48,105 bases of DNA from Chiloscyllium plagiosum (GCF_004010195.1 NC_057711.1:80078566-80126670); one strand, 5' to 3'; counted from the first letter of the stretch, positions 23,280-35,399 are shown. A program made the numbers and translations. The notes: generated from the letters alone by a model not told the origin.

Positions 23280-24485
23280 AAGTAGGCAGAATCAACATAA
23301 TTCTGTTGAAGACAAATCATATTTGACCAATCTCTTAGTGTTCTTTGAGAAGGCATTATATGCTGTGATAAAAGGGGAACTGATGGATGCACTGTACTTT
23401 GATTTTGAAAGGTATTTGATAAGGTGCCACATCAAAGATTGTTGCAGAAAATAAAATCACATGATAGATAAGGTAACACATTGGCATGGATAGAAGATTA
23501 GTTGATGAACAGCAAGTAAAGATTAAGTGTAATTAAGTCTTTTGCAAACTGGAAACTTATAATGAATGGCATGCTATAGTATCAGTATTGGAATATCAAC
23601 TTATCTATGAGTGACTTCATCAATGATTTAATGAAGGGGTGGAAGGAATGACTGCCATATTTGCCATACAAGATAGATAGGAAATTAAGTTGTAAAGAAT
23701 ACATAAAGAGGCTACAAACCGATATAGATAGTTTAGGTGAGTGGGCAAAAATGTATCAAATTAAGAATAATGTGAGAAAATGTATAATTGTCCATTTTTA
23801 CAGAAGAAATAAAACGATGCATATTATTGCAGTGGTGAGAGATTGCAGAGCTCTGAGATGCAGAGATATCTGGTGTCCTCATGCATGAATTACAAACAGT
23901 TAGAATAGAGACGGCAAATAATTAGGTTAGGTAATAGAATGCCATCATTTATCACCATGGAATTCAATATGAAAATAGGGAGAGTATGCTTCAGTTAAAG
24001 ACAACACTGGTGAGACTACATCAATAGCAGTTTTCACTGTATCTGTCACCATATTGAAAGAAGATGTAAATGTGTTGGAGACTGTTCAGAGAATACATAC
24101 TGAACTAATGACTAGAATGAGTGCAATGTTGTATGAGGAAAGGTTGGACAGGCTTGTTCTGTATCTCTGATGCGTAACATAAGGTGTGTCCTGATTGAAA
24201 GACATATGGTCCTGAGGGGTTTTGTTTCCAGTACGGTTGCCCATTTCAAACAGAGGTGAAGTCAGTTTTTCCTTTTGAGTCTTTGGAACACTTTTCATGA
24301 AAATGTCGTAAAAACATGGTCCTTGAGCAGATCATTTCTTGTGAAGCCAGGGGTTGAAAGATTACCAGAGGTATGTGAAAATGTGGATTTGGTCTTACGA
24401 TCAGGCCAGACATGATCTTATTGAATGGTAGGGTAGGGTCTGAATGGTCTACTCCCCCTTCTAATTTATATCTGTGTTTGTACTT
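23280..24485 (+). mobile_element. Old 5'-truncated CR1 (RT to 3' UTR)
   Basis: QH....KSYLTNLLVFFE, DALYFDF and RLQTDIDSLGEWAK motifs; terminal GAATGGTCTACTCC. Confidence 0.8.
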
Positions 24486-24489
24486 AGGT

Positions 24490-24700
24490 AAGAAGAAACC
24501 TTCCAGAAAATCAAAGACATGCTGAATTCTGAAGAAGTTTTGGTCCACTATAATCCATGCTGCACATGCTTCACACATACAGATATTCAAACAGTTTTCT
24601 TCCGAGAATCACCAGAATTTTGGACAATGCAGAAATGTAGAATTCAGTAATGCAGAAAAATTAGTTTGTTGTGCAACCCGAGAGTAATCTGATATCCCTT
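24490..24700 (+). mobile_element. Ty3/Gypsy pol remnant (RT-RNase H junction)
   Basis: EETFQKIKDMLNSEEVLVHYNP at 24492-24557. Confidence 0.6.
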
Positions 24701-25095
24701 ATTGCCCAGAATATATCACGTACTTTTGGGTGGTTGTTAATAAGATCTGGGTAAACTTGACCTTTTCAGTATACCAGCATTGTGGCAGCCACCAGGAAAG
24801 CATGAATAGATGTGCAGAAATGTCTTTGTGCATTCACACACCATTTGGAGAGACAGATGGAATGGTGTTAGGAAATATTTCAGGTTTGTCAACCCAGGAC
24901 CTGGGGTAAGGCAACTATTGATGCAAAACCCATTGCAGCCTCACAAACACAAAGTACATCTGCAAGGAAGCCAATAAAGTGCAAAGAGAGCATCTGTGAT
25001 GGCGTGGAGTCAGTGGTGAGAAACAACTGAGATATTCTGCGGAGGTCAGCAGCAGCACCATAAGCTGAAGTCTGTGTGGGCTCCAGGCACCTTCA

Positions 25096-25184
25096 TGGCA
25101 GAAGTGGGCCTGAAGCATAGATTTTCCTGCTCCTCAGATGCTGCCTGACCTGCTGTGCTTTTCCAGCACCACACAAATCTTGAA
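25096..25184 (+). mobile_element. Short PLE tail insertion (family A) with 14-bp TSD
   Basis: GATTTTCCTGCTCCTCAGATGCTGCCTGACCTGCTGTGCTTTTCCAGCACCACAC. TSD TCCAGGCACCTTCA at 25082-25095 and 25185-25198. Confidence 0.88.
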
Positions 25185-27160
25185 TCCAGGCACCTTCAGT
25201 GTTACCAGAAAAGTCTGTCAATGAGTTAATCTGTTTGTGGTCATTAAGAAAGGCACAGAGATTGTTCACCATCTGCTTGGACAGCAAGGGCTTCATGGAC
25301 ACCTCCAGGTAGGAAAGCTTATTGCTTTCCCAGCCCAGGGCATTATCTGCTCCTCATCTTTGCCCTTCAATCCTAAGGTTTGACGTTGTTGCCCAGTGAT
25401 CCTCATCGTGTCTCACACAACTGCTGCAAACGGATTCGAGAGCTTCCAGGTGCTCCGGAGTTCACATATATCTAGTAGCTGCATTCCTTTCTTCTGGAAT
25501 ACCTCTTGGGACCCTGATTGAATATGCCAGTGGTATCAGAGTTTTAAGTTGTCCCTAACTTGCTAATGAGTATACCCTGTCTCCTTGCTCACCTTCCATG
25601 TACAGCTCCAACACTTCCTTTTCCAATCCATATTAAATAGAGAATGTACTGATTACTTGGACTCTATCCAGGGCAGGTCTGCCTTGGAAGTAGCCTCCCA
25701 AACCTTGCTGACTGTACTGTGCCACTATGATTTTGAAAACTTTCTAGGTCTTACATAATTTGGAGTTACTGCTTTAGCAACTAACTTAATAGCATACCAA
25801 TTGTTTCCAACTGTGTATGTGGGCTCTCAATTATTCCTCTTTGCCATGTCACAGCTAATGTTCAGCCCTACAAAAAGATTGCTAGATTTACACCCTCACC
25901 ACCACTTTTATCCCCAGCCAACTTCCACTTTGTGTCTGGAGTGGAAAAGCAGTTGACTTTTCATTTATGCAAACTTAATTCTACTTATCCTATGTCATTT
26001 AAAAAAAAGCTTTATTCAGGTCTAATTACACATTGCCCTGTATCTCTTAAAAGAAATATGAAATGTACCATTATTATATTAAGCTGGAACCTGTTGTCTA
26101 TTCCAGTAGGGACATTTACAATATAATTCAGTTGTGAGACACCATGAAGAATTGTATGACTTTTATTTTGTTTTTTATAGTTGAGCAACTCATTCTTTAT
26201 TGTATAATGCATGCACATATGAATTGGAAGCAATTCTTCAATTAACTATATGCTCTGAATATAGAATTATAATTAGGCAAACTTTATCCACTAAGTCAAT
26301 AATTTTAAATGTATAACCATGAGTGAACACCATGGCATTTACACTGCAATGGATGAGGAAATTTCATGTTGAATATGACTCTTCTGTCACTTTATGCACC
26401 AGAACCTGAATCCTTCATTACCACTCAACCTTTAAAGATAACAGGGTCAAAGTTGTCATCAATGTAATGCTTAAGAAAGCCACTTCAAAATGTTAATCAG
26501 GTAATTGTTGTCTCACTATAAACAATAAAATTCATAAAGATGATGGCATTCATGCAAGAATGTCCATTTTTACCATGTGGTAAAGCAATTAACAGAAGTA
26601 AAATATTTCCTCTATGTTTAAATGGCATTGTAAATAAAGAGGAACACATTTTTTCACAATTATTTATCGCAGAATTTTAAACAAGGATGATTATGGTGTT
26701 GAGTTAACACCGAATATAGACTTGAGATCTGAGTGAGTGAATACGATCATGGACACAAGGAACAAATGCAGGCCACTCAGCCCTTCATGCCTGCTCCACG
26801 GTTTAATAAGATCATAGCTGATCTGAATACAACTTCAACTCTCTATTCCTGCACATCCTTGATGATCTTTCATCCTCTTGGAGATCAAGAATCTATTTCC
26901 CATGCCTCAATAATAGTGAAAAATTATTTGAGAAAGGGAATTCCAGAGACTCACAAACCTCTGCTTTTCCCTCATCTTTGTTTTAAATGGGTGACCCCTT
27001 ATTTTTAAGCTTTCTTCCTAATTCTCGATTACTCCGCCAAAGGAAATATCCATTCCACATCCACAAAGTCAAGATAGATGTTTCAATTAAGTCATCTCTG
27101 ATCCTGTAGATTCCAGAGGATACAGGCCTATCCTCATAAGGCAATCTGCTCATTCTGAGT

Positions 27161-27355
27161 TAAAAATCACACAACACCAGGTTATGGTCCAACAGGTTTA
27201 ATTGGAAGCACACTAGCTTTCGGAGCGACGTTACTTCATCAGGAGCGTCGCTCCGAAAGCTAGTGTGCTTCCAATTAAACCTGTTGGACTATAACCTGAT
27301 GTTGTGTGATTTTTAACTTTGTACACCCCAGTCCAACACCGGCATCTCCAAATCA
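27161..27355. mobile_element. Palindromic PLE tail insertion (family B) with 14-bp TSD
   Basis: Arms at 27158-27230 and 27246-27318 are 71/73 complementary. Hammerhead parts: CTGATGA (minus, 27242-27236) and GGAGC-GTC-GCTCC-GAAAGCTA. TSD TGCTCATTCTGAGT at 27147-27160 and 27356-27369. Confidence 0.9.
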
Positions 27356-28076
27356 TGCTCATTCTGAGTATTTGTCGGTAAACCTTTATTAAATTGCTTT
27401 GAGTGCTTTAACGTTCTGTTGTATATATGGTGACCAGTACTCCAGATGCAGTCTCATCAATGCCCTGTATAACTGAAGCATAAACTCCATACTCTTGCAT
27501 TCAATAAAACATAACATTCTAATCATTTTTCTGATTACTTGGTGTACCTGTATACTAACCTGTGTTTCATGCATTAGGACACACATATCTCTCTGTATCA
27601 CAGAGTTCTGTAACCTCTCACCATTTAGATAATATGGTTCTTTTTTATTCTTTCTTCCAAAGTTGACAATTCCATACTTTCTCACATTTTGCTCCATTGT
27701 CCTGATCATGGCCTACTCAATAGCTTATTTATATCCCTTTGTAGGTTCTTTCTGTCCTCTTCAAAACAAACTTTCCTACCTATCTTTGTGTCATCAGCAA
27801 AGTTCGCTTGCATACTTCCAGTCCCTTCATCCAGATAATTTATATAAATTGTAAATTGTTGAGGCCCCAGCATTGACCCATGTGGCACACCAGTTATAGC
27901 ATCCTACCAGCCCCAAAAGCATCTGGTTAGTCTGACATGTGCTTCCTGTTAACCAGCAGTCTTCTTTCCATGCCAATATATTACCAACACCATGACCTTT
28001 TATTATCTATAATAGCCATTGATGTGGTGCCTTATCAAATCCCTTCTGGAAATCTATCACCTCTGTTTCCCCTTTC

Positions 28077-28282
28077 TTAGGATCTTAGAATCCCTACAGC
28101 GTGGAAGCTGGCCATTCAGCCCATTGAGTCCACATTGACACTCTGAAGAGCATCCCACCCAGACCCAGCCCCCTACCCTATCCCTGGAACCCTGCATTCC
28201 CCATGGCCACTCCACCTAGTATGCACATCCCTGGATAATATGGGCAATTTAGCATGGTCAATCCACCTAATCTGTATATATT
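28077..28282 (-). mobile_element. HE1 SINE, 3' half
   Basis: TAGAATCCCTACAGCGTGGAAG..GGGCAATTTAGCATGGTCAATCCACCTAA. Confidence 0.85.
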
Positions 28283-28368
28283 CACCCACAGCATAAGATA
28301 CTTCTTCAAGGAATGTCAATAAATTAGTTCAACATGATTTCCCTTTCAAGCAAACATGTTGGCTCTGC

Positions 28369-28491
28369 CTGATGACGGGCTTATCTCCGAAACATCGATT
28401 CTCCTGCTCCTCAGATGCTGCCTGACTACTGCGCTTTTCCAGCGCCACACTTTCGACTCTGATCTCCAGCATCTGCAGTCCTTTCTTTCTC
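28369..28491 (+). mobile_element. Short PLE tail insertion (family A) starting at the hammerhead core
   Basis: CTGATGA(28369-28375)-CGGGCTTATCTCC-GAAA-CATC-GATTCTCCTG. Flanking repeat CTCTGCCTGAT(G/T)AC at 28363-28376 and 28492-28505. Confidence 0.88.
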
Positions 28492-30679
28492 CTCTGCCTG
28501 ATTACCTCAAACTTATCCAAGTGCCCTGATATAGCATTTTTAATAACAGCTTCTAACATTTTTCCATGGTTGTTTATTGTCCAGGCAACATTGTATATTT
28601 GGGATGTGTGTTCTTTAATATCACTGCTGTGTGCAGTCAACAGTATGCACACTGGTCATTTGCTGCATACATCAGCCAGCGACATAATATCATAGCTGAT
28701 ATGGCTTCAAAGCAGCCTACAGCTCTTAAAGGAGAGGGACAGTACAGCTGCAAGAAATAGTGGGAGTAATTTGAAATTGAATTGTGCTCAGATACTTTGA
28801 GCTATGGCTGAACATGCAAGGAAACATGCATGAGATTTCTCAGACATGGCAATGGAGGCCTGGCTGACAATTCATGTTCTTCAGTTAACAATCAAGTGGG
28901 CCTGGCATGTTTGGATATGTACCCTCAATGATGATCTTTTGTTCAAAGTCACTCAATGCTTTCTCCAACTATCCAGACTCAGAAAGGGTGAGACTACTAT
29001 AAGTCACTCTCTGCCTTTGCTTCTCCTCCCTGTGAACCCTCATTTCATGATGGTCCATAATGTTCTTCTTTAATTTGGCACTCAAATAAAAGAGCCACAC
29101 AAAGTTTAAAAGCAGTTTTAGAGAAACAAAAATTATAACAAAGGTCAAAGAACTCAAAGTTATATAATCTTTACAGTTTAATCAAAAACAAAATCTCTGG
29201 CAATGTGAATAAAAAATGAATTACTTCCGAAGATCCTAACTTGCACCTTTTGAATGAGTATTTAGAGCTGTACAGCACTAACAAAGCTTCTCGTTTAATG
29301 TAAGATCAGCAGGTATATTGAAGTATCAACATTACATACAGTCTTGTTGCTGTTTCCTGGAGGGCTTTAGTGTATTAAAAATGGAGTGAGTTGTATTTAT
29401 GCTAAAAAGGGCATGAGTTGGTTGTGTTATCTTAAACAGGAGAGTTGGAAAGCAACCATTGATACATTGAGACTTCTAATCCGGCACTCAGGAACTAAAG
29501 AAAAAGTTTGCTGTCAATATCAATTACATAAAATGACTGTTAATATTAGCAGAACAATGAGGCTGGGAACTGTCATTTATGTTTTAAAGAAAAGTGAAAA
29601 TTAAAGATTTCCAAGGCACCGCGGATGATACTATTTTCTCTTTAGTGTTGCTTTTATTGACAGAAACACAATAACAATGGCCATTTGTGTACTTAGCTTC
29701 TGTTCTATGATTGACGTACAACATTCACTGGTAAAATTGCAACACAATGAAATGGAAGCTGTTCCTTCATGTTAAGTTGATAAGTGCAAATAATGTGTGC
29801 AAATGTGCCAATAGGAGGCCATAATTTTAGTCTAAGTTTTATCTTTTGAATGTTTACTATGTGGATATTATGTACTGCATTGACTAAGGTCATCCCCATT
29901 TCCTGTGGCCTGTTGATCTGTTTATACAATACAAATTCTAGACTATGTTCAAAGCTTTCTATATTGGACAAAACAAAAGTTTTACCACAGTTTGAAATAG
30001 ACTCGTGATGTCTTCACTCACACCAGAAGTAGAACTGTGGTTAAAAAAAGGAAACCACACCCATCGTATGGGTCATAGGTGGCAGTATGCATTATATTTT
30101 TTTCTATCTAACTCCATTATATTTGTTTTTCCAGTCCTTCTCTTCTCTCTTTCATTCTCCTTGATTGTTTTCCTTTCTTTTGTTACTGATTCTGTGGGTT
30201 CTCTATCTTTTATCTGAACTTCTTATTGTCATCTTTCACCAAGGAACAAAATAAATCAAAGTAAGAAAAGGCACATTTGTCTTTCTATGGTTCAGATTGA
30301 AACCCCAATTTAAATAACATGACTTATAATCTTAATAAGGGAAACCATAGTGAGAAAACCCCACCTCCATCGTGTATCATTTTATCGAACAGTACAAAGG
30401 AGAAAAAATCCAGTAAGTTATCAGCACAGCCATAACAACGCACGATCGAATCCTAAAACAAATGAATAAGAAATATTAATGTCATGTGTGACTCCCAATA
30501 AAATGGTCATTCATTTTTGCACTAGCATCAGGCCAAATATGTATGAGAATTTAGGGAATGAATGAGATGGATGACAATTTAGTTGTGGGGAATCCCAGAA
30601 GAACAATTTATCTAATGATTCTGGAATGTGAACATTATTGACAATGCCAGAATTTATTGCATATACCTTTTTAAAAATA

Positions 30680-31026
30680 TATTCATAGGATGAGAGCATC
30701 ACTGGCTAGTCCAGCATTTATTGCCTACCCCTATTTGCCCAGAGGACAGTTAAGAGTCAACCATACTGTTGTTGGTCTGGAGTCACATGTAGGCAAGGCC
30801 AGGTGAGAATGGCTGATTTCCCTTGCTAAAAGACGTTAGTGAGCCAGATTGGTTTTTCTGACCATTGGCAATGATTTCATTGTCATCATTAGACTCTTAA
30901 TTCTAGTTTTATTTTATTGAATTCAAATTCCACCATTTGCCATCGATTTGAACCTGGGTCCCCACACCATTATCTGGGTCTCTGGATTAGCAGTCCAGTA
31001 ATAATGCCACTAGACCATCGCCTCCC
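30680..31026 (-). mobile_element. Full-length tRNA-derived SINE (second family)
   Basis: Minus-strand head GGGAGGCGATGGTCTAGTGG (A box) ..CCAGGTTCAAATC (B box). Body is shared with 17536-18902 and 33140-33385. Confidence 0.8.
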
Positions 31027-31089
31027 TCATCACCTACGTGTCCTTGAGAGCCACTTTCCTGAGCTATTGCAGTCCATAAAATAAAATCA

Positions 31090-31365
31090 TTGGATCATAA
31101 AAAGTAGGAACAGAAGTAACAGGGAAGTAGGCATTAACTAAGATAATTGTTGATTTGATTGCAGTCCTAATTTCACATTCCTGCCTACTGCCCCAATAGA
31201 TTTTGACTCTCTTGTACATCAGAAACCTACCCAACTCAGCTTTGAATACATTTAACAATCCAGTTTCCTCTTTATGGGAACAGAATTCCAAAATTAATGA
31301 AAAAAGCAATCCTTCCAAACCTCAGTCTAAAACTACATCACCTAGTTTTAGATTCTTCAATGAAG
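31090..31365 (-). mobile_element. Old CR1 3' end fragment
   Basis: Minus strand resembles LWNS.P..LNVFKAELGRFL; terminal CATAAAAAGTAGGAACAGAAGTA. Confidence 0.55.
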
Positions 31366-31564
31366 AGAAACATCAAGGAAATTCTTATCCTGATTCTGGA
31401 AGTGGGAGGCATGGAAACAGGGGAGATTAATTATGTGGAAGACATAGATCAACTTCCCAGGCATGGAATGAAACTATGATGTTTTGAGGCTGGATATTAC
31501 ATGGAACGTAGGATGAGAGGCAGATCATTCTGTCCCTCAGGCTTGCTCCACCTTTTAGTAATGG

Positions 31565-31592
31565 GTGTGTGTGTGTGTGTATGTGTGTGTGT
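31565..31592. repeat. (TG)n microsatellite
   Basis: GTGTGTGTGTGTGTGTATGTGTGTGTGT. Confidence 0.9.
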
Positions 31593-32156
31593 TGGGGGGA
31601 TGGAGGGGGTGGATGGTGCATGTAATATTAGTTAGCTGGCAAACCCACCGTCTTGTCACTGACTTCCAAGTTCACCCTCATAACACGGAGGGTGGGCAGG
31701 TGCTGAATGTAGCAGCCTGTCTACCATCTGTAAATAAGTAACTAGTTTTCAATTGTTAATATTACCAGTTGGTGGGGGTAGGTGGGCAGCCAATATTTTT
31801 TAAAGATTTTAAAAGAGGGAAAGATATGAAGTTTGCCAAGTTCAGCTTATCAAGCCAACTGCATTGCGAGTGATAATGTAAGGTCTTCTTCAGACTGTAT
31901 TCCCACTACCAGGTGGTCTTAAATGAGCCCTTCTTTCTATGCTCTGTTTTGACAATCATCCATGAGGCTGTATCAATTGTTTGTAAAATACTTAATGTTT
32001 TACCCTGGCTCTTGGTTACACCAATTAAATTTTGCCTTGTCTGCATTGAGGTTTCACCTTAAAATAAAAGTCAAATGCTTTAATTACATCATTATATGTT
32101 GCAGTTTCTTCTGGTATACCTTGTCTAATGAGAATAGCATCAGGACTGTCACTGAA

Positions 32157-32192
32157 TGCATTCAATACACTGACTGCATTCAATACACTGAC
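32157..32192. repeat. Perfect 18-bp tandem duplication
   Basis: TGCATTCAATACACTGAC occurs twice. Confidence 0.9.
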
Positions 32193-32320
32193 CTGACCTT
32201 TGTCTGGCTTGAGTCCTGAAACAATTTGCTACCTGCTAAAGCATCAGAGCCATTGTACCCAATGCATGGCCTGGATCAGGTCCTGTCTGCATTCCAGAGG
32301 GTCTAGTAAAGACAGAGATG

Positions 32321-32558
32321 AGATTACATTACAGTGTGGAAACAGGCCCTTCAATTGAACTCGGGTCTCCGCGCTGTGAGGCAGCAGTGCTAACCACTGT
32401 GCCACAGTGCGCAGGTGAATTGGCCATGCTAAATTGCCCGCAATGTTAGGTAAGGGGTAAATGTAGGGGTATGGGTGGGTTGCACTTCGACGGGTCGGTG
32501 TGGACTTGTTGGGCCGAAGGCCTGTTTCCACACTGTAATGTAATCTAATCTAATGTAA
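32321..32558. mobile_element. Rearranged HE1 SINE (inverted tail + inverted head + forward 3' half)
   Basis: 32321-32352 is the reversed tail, 32354-32405 the reversed tRNA head, and 32406-32558 the forward 3' half with a TAATG/TAATC tail. Confidence 0.88.
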
Positions 32559-33139
32559 TGCTTTTATATAATCTGTATTTACAATGCTGTTTCTTACTAT
32601 TTTGCTGCCTCCCCCTCTTATGTGTTTAGTTCACTGTCAAGTTTTCAAATTTACAGGTATTTATTACTCAATGATTAAGTTTTTCTTACTGCATGCCACA
32701 TTCCATGCTGTTGCTTTCTCCCATGCTTTTTTCAGCTTTTGCATGAGCTTTCTTTTCAGTGAACACTACCACGTTTTTTTAAAAACATAACTATACACAA
32801 AGGATGTTAACGGAGACATATCTTGGAACCATACAAATTCAGCCTTTAATTCCATGCGACGTGACATCATTTTGATATGGTCCTTTACACACATGCTAAT
32901 CTCCAAATAAAGTTCGAGTTAACCCTGTACTCCATAGACTAGAAGGTGCAATTTGATAAACATGAGTTTCTGCTTACAAATCTGTTGGACAGCCCTCCCA
33001 GTTTTGGTGTAAGTACTCAGACATTAGGGAGGAAGACTTTGCACGGTCAACTGTGTTTGCCTTTTGATCTTTTGATGCCTCAGTCAATGGCAGCTGCTCA
33101 ATCTAATTTTCTTGTTTTTGACTTGTCCTGGCAGTTTGA

Positions 33140-33385
33140 TAATGACTGAGAGCCTTGTTAGATCATTCAGAGGGCAATTTTCAGTCATTTACATTGCTAT
33201 AGATCTTGAGTTGTGTGTAGTACAGACTAAGTAAGGATGGCAGATTTCCTTCCTTAAAGGATATTGGTGAACCAGATAGGTTTGGAAAACAACCTGATAC
33301 TTTCATGGTTACCAGTACTCAGAATAACTTTTCATTCAAGATGTATCAATCATTTGAACCTGAATTCCACCATATGCCACAGTAG
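33140..33385 (-). mobile_element. Degenerate SINE (second family)
   Basis: GTAAGGATGGCAGATTTCCTTCCTTAAAGGATATTGGTGAACCAGAT matches 30800-30850. Confidence 0.7.
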
Positions 33386-34016
33386 GACCTCTAGTTTATT
33401 ATGTCTCCTTATCTAATGGATGTCTCCTTATGAAGTTCAGTGTCAATTCGCATGTTATAACCTTCAGTCACACATCTTGAGATGTTTTATTATATTATTG
33501 GCATGTTATAGATCCAAATTATCTTTGTTGTGAATAACCATCCCTTTCAGCTTGAAAACCATCCAGACTATATAGACAACTATATGCATGATTTCTGATT
33601 AGTAAAAATGACATTAACCTCAAGAAATTTGGCAATCTTTCCATTTTGAAAATGTCTATGAAAATACTATCTTCTCTTTGTTATATTTTATTATAAATAC
33701 TTCCTTCAGAAAACATCATATTTCATAATACCTGTGCTCAGAAAAATAAATCAAATAGTTTAATTTCCCTCAAGGCCACTACTAAGCCATTTAAAATCAC
33801 ATGAATCTGAAGCAATCTGCCCATCATATGTTTCTGTTCTCAGCAGTTATCTTTATTCTATCAGCTGCAATGCAATATCTGCACAGGAGGTGTTCCTGTA
33901 TCCTAGTTAAGTCCGTTCCACTGGCAGAATTGATTGAAGTAATTTGAACTACCAAAATGAGTTGGAAATATAAAAGCCTCCAAACCCAAACCTAATTCAA
34001 TGTGACCCACCCACTT

Positions 34017-34357
34017 GGCATGGTGGCTCAGTGGTTAACACTGCTGCTTCACAGCACCAGGGACGTGGGTTTGATCCCAGCTTTGGAAGACTGTATGTGT
34101 GGAATTTGCGCATTCTCCCTGTGTCTGTGTTGGTTTCCTCTGAGTGCTCTGGTTTCCTCCCATAATCCAAGGATGTGCAGATTAGGTGAATTGGTCATGC
34201 TAAATTGCCCATAGTGTTGAGGGATGTGTAGGTTAGGTATATTAGTCAGGGATAAAATGTAGGATTTGCGAATGGGTCTGGGTGGGTTACTCTTCGGAGG
34301 GTCAGTGCAGACGTGCTGGGCTGAAGGGCCTTTTTCCACATTGTAGGGATTCTATGA
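34017..34357 (+). mobile_element. HE1 SINE, full length
   Basis: tRNA head, V-domain, and tail TTCCACATTGTAGGGATTCTATGA. Confidence 0.92.
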
Positions 34358-35399
34358 CTTCTCCTTTAAGTGAAGGTAAACCAGGCTGCCTTGGCACTGG
34401 GCAGACAGGGATGGTGGTGAGTGACCAGTCTGTTGTTAGGAGGCAAGACGTTCATTTATACATTTTATTGAGACTTTGTGTCTCTGATTTTGAGCCACAT
34501 TTTCATGCCACTGTCCATGTCAGAACAAAGGCAGACAGTTTTTAAAAAGGCAGAAGGGAATTGATTTTGTGATTCTTTGCCTCCCCACCCAATTCCCCAT
34601 TCCCAACACTGGGAATTTTCAACATATAAAGGGTGAGGGTTTGGTGAGTTAGTCTCAATGCAACAATTCAGACCTTTACATACTTGGATGGCCCATGTGA
34701 TTTCAATGGAGTCAGGCTGGCTTCTGAAGACACCGTGATTCACATCAGTTCTTAGCCGTCAAGAGCTCTGGAGGAAACCTCATCAGAAGTTGGAAAACGT
34801 TTCATCGAAGTTCAGAAAGTCAACATTCCATGTCATAATAAAATGCTGTGTAAGTTAAATAGTGAGCCAGATGGGCTGTACCAGGAGAGAGGAAGAAATG
34901 GCACAATTGGGAAATTGTCCACCTTGTATTTCTTGCTTCAAAGATGAAAATTAGTCCCTTTATCTCTTTTCTAACTTTGACACTGAATCACCAAACTTCC
35001 TTGACTGTGGAAATATTGTGGACAAGGAAGGCAAGGACTGTCCAGCAATTTACATCTTGTTACCCAAAAGCTCGACATGGCCAACCTTGTTAACCATTTC
35101 AACAATCAGACATTATGTTCCCTACTCTCTGATGACCTCCCAATCTCCTTCCTTCCAAGCCTACTCCATCTTGATCATCTCTATGATTCCCCTACTAACT
35201 CTTTTCCTCTTTTCCAAGCTTTGTTCCTTCCTAGACTCCTTGTAATTCTGTGTCCCTTTATCAATCCCACTCTTGAACCAGAACTTGTCACCTCTCTCTT
35301 CACCAAGTACTCATCTGGTAGCATCCCAGACCCTCTGCCCACAAGGTACATTTGGTAAACAGATCCCAAAAATGGCAAATGATATTTCATCAGGAACTC

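Larger units (their letters stand above)
26750..28570 (-). mobile_element. Old CR1 (RT to 3' end) hosting two PLE insertions and a SINE
   Basis: PHGSMLGPQQFTIYIN.L, ANFADDTKIG, LQLYRALMRLHLEY and GKMLEAVIK..I..HL..QH...KGKSC motifs. Confidence 0.85.

Noticed and set aside
17720..28491. Recurrent GCTGGAAAAGCACAGCAGGTCAGGCAGCATC repeats as a CRISPR-like array
   Set aside because: They are dispersed, in both orientations, with TSDs and no regular spacers, in a eukaryotic context. They are PLE tails.
28570..30650. Possible host exons in repeat-poor sequence
   Set aside because: I could not identify an open frame with convincing splice sites or a recognisable protein. Short exons cannot be excluded without alignment.
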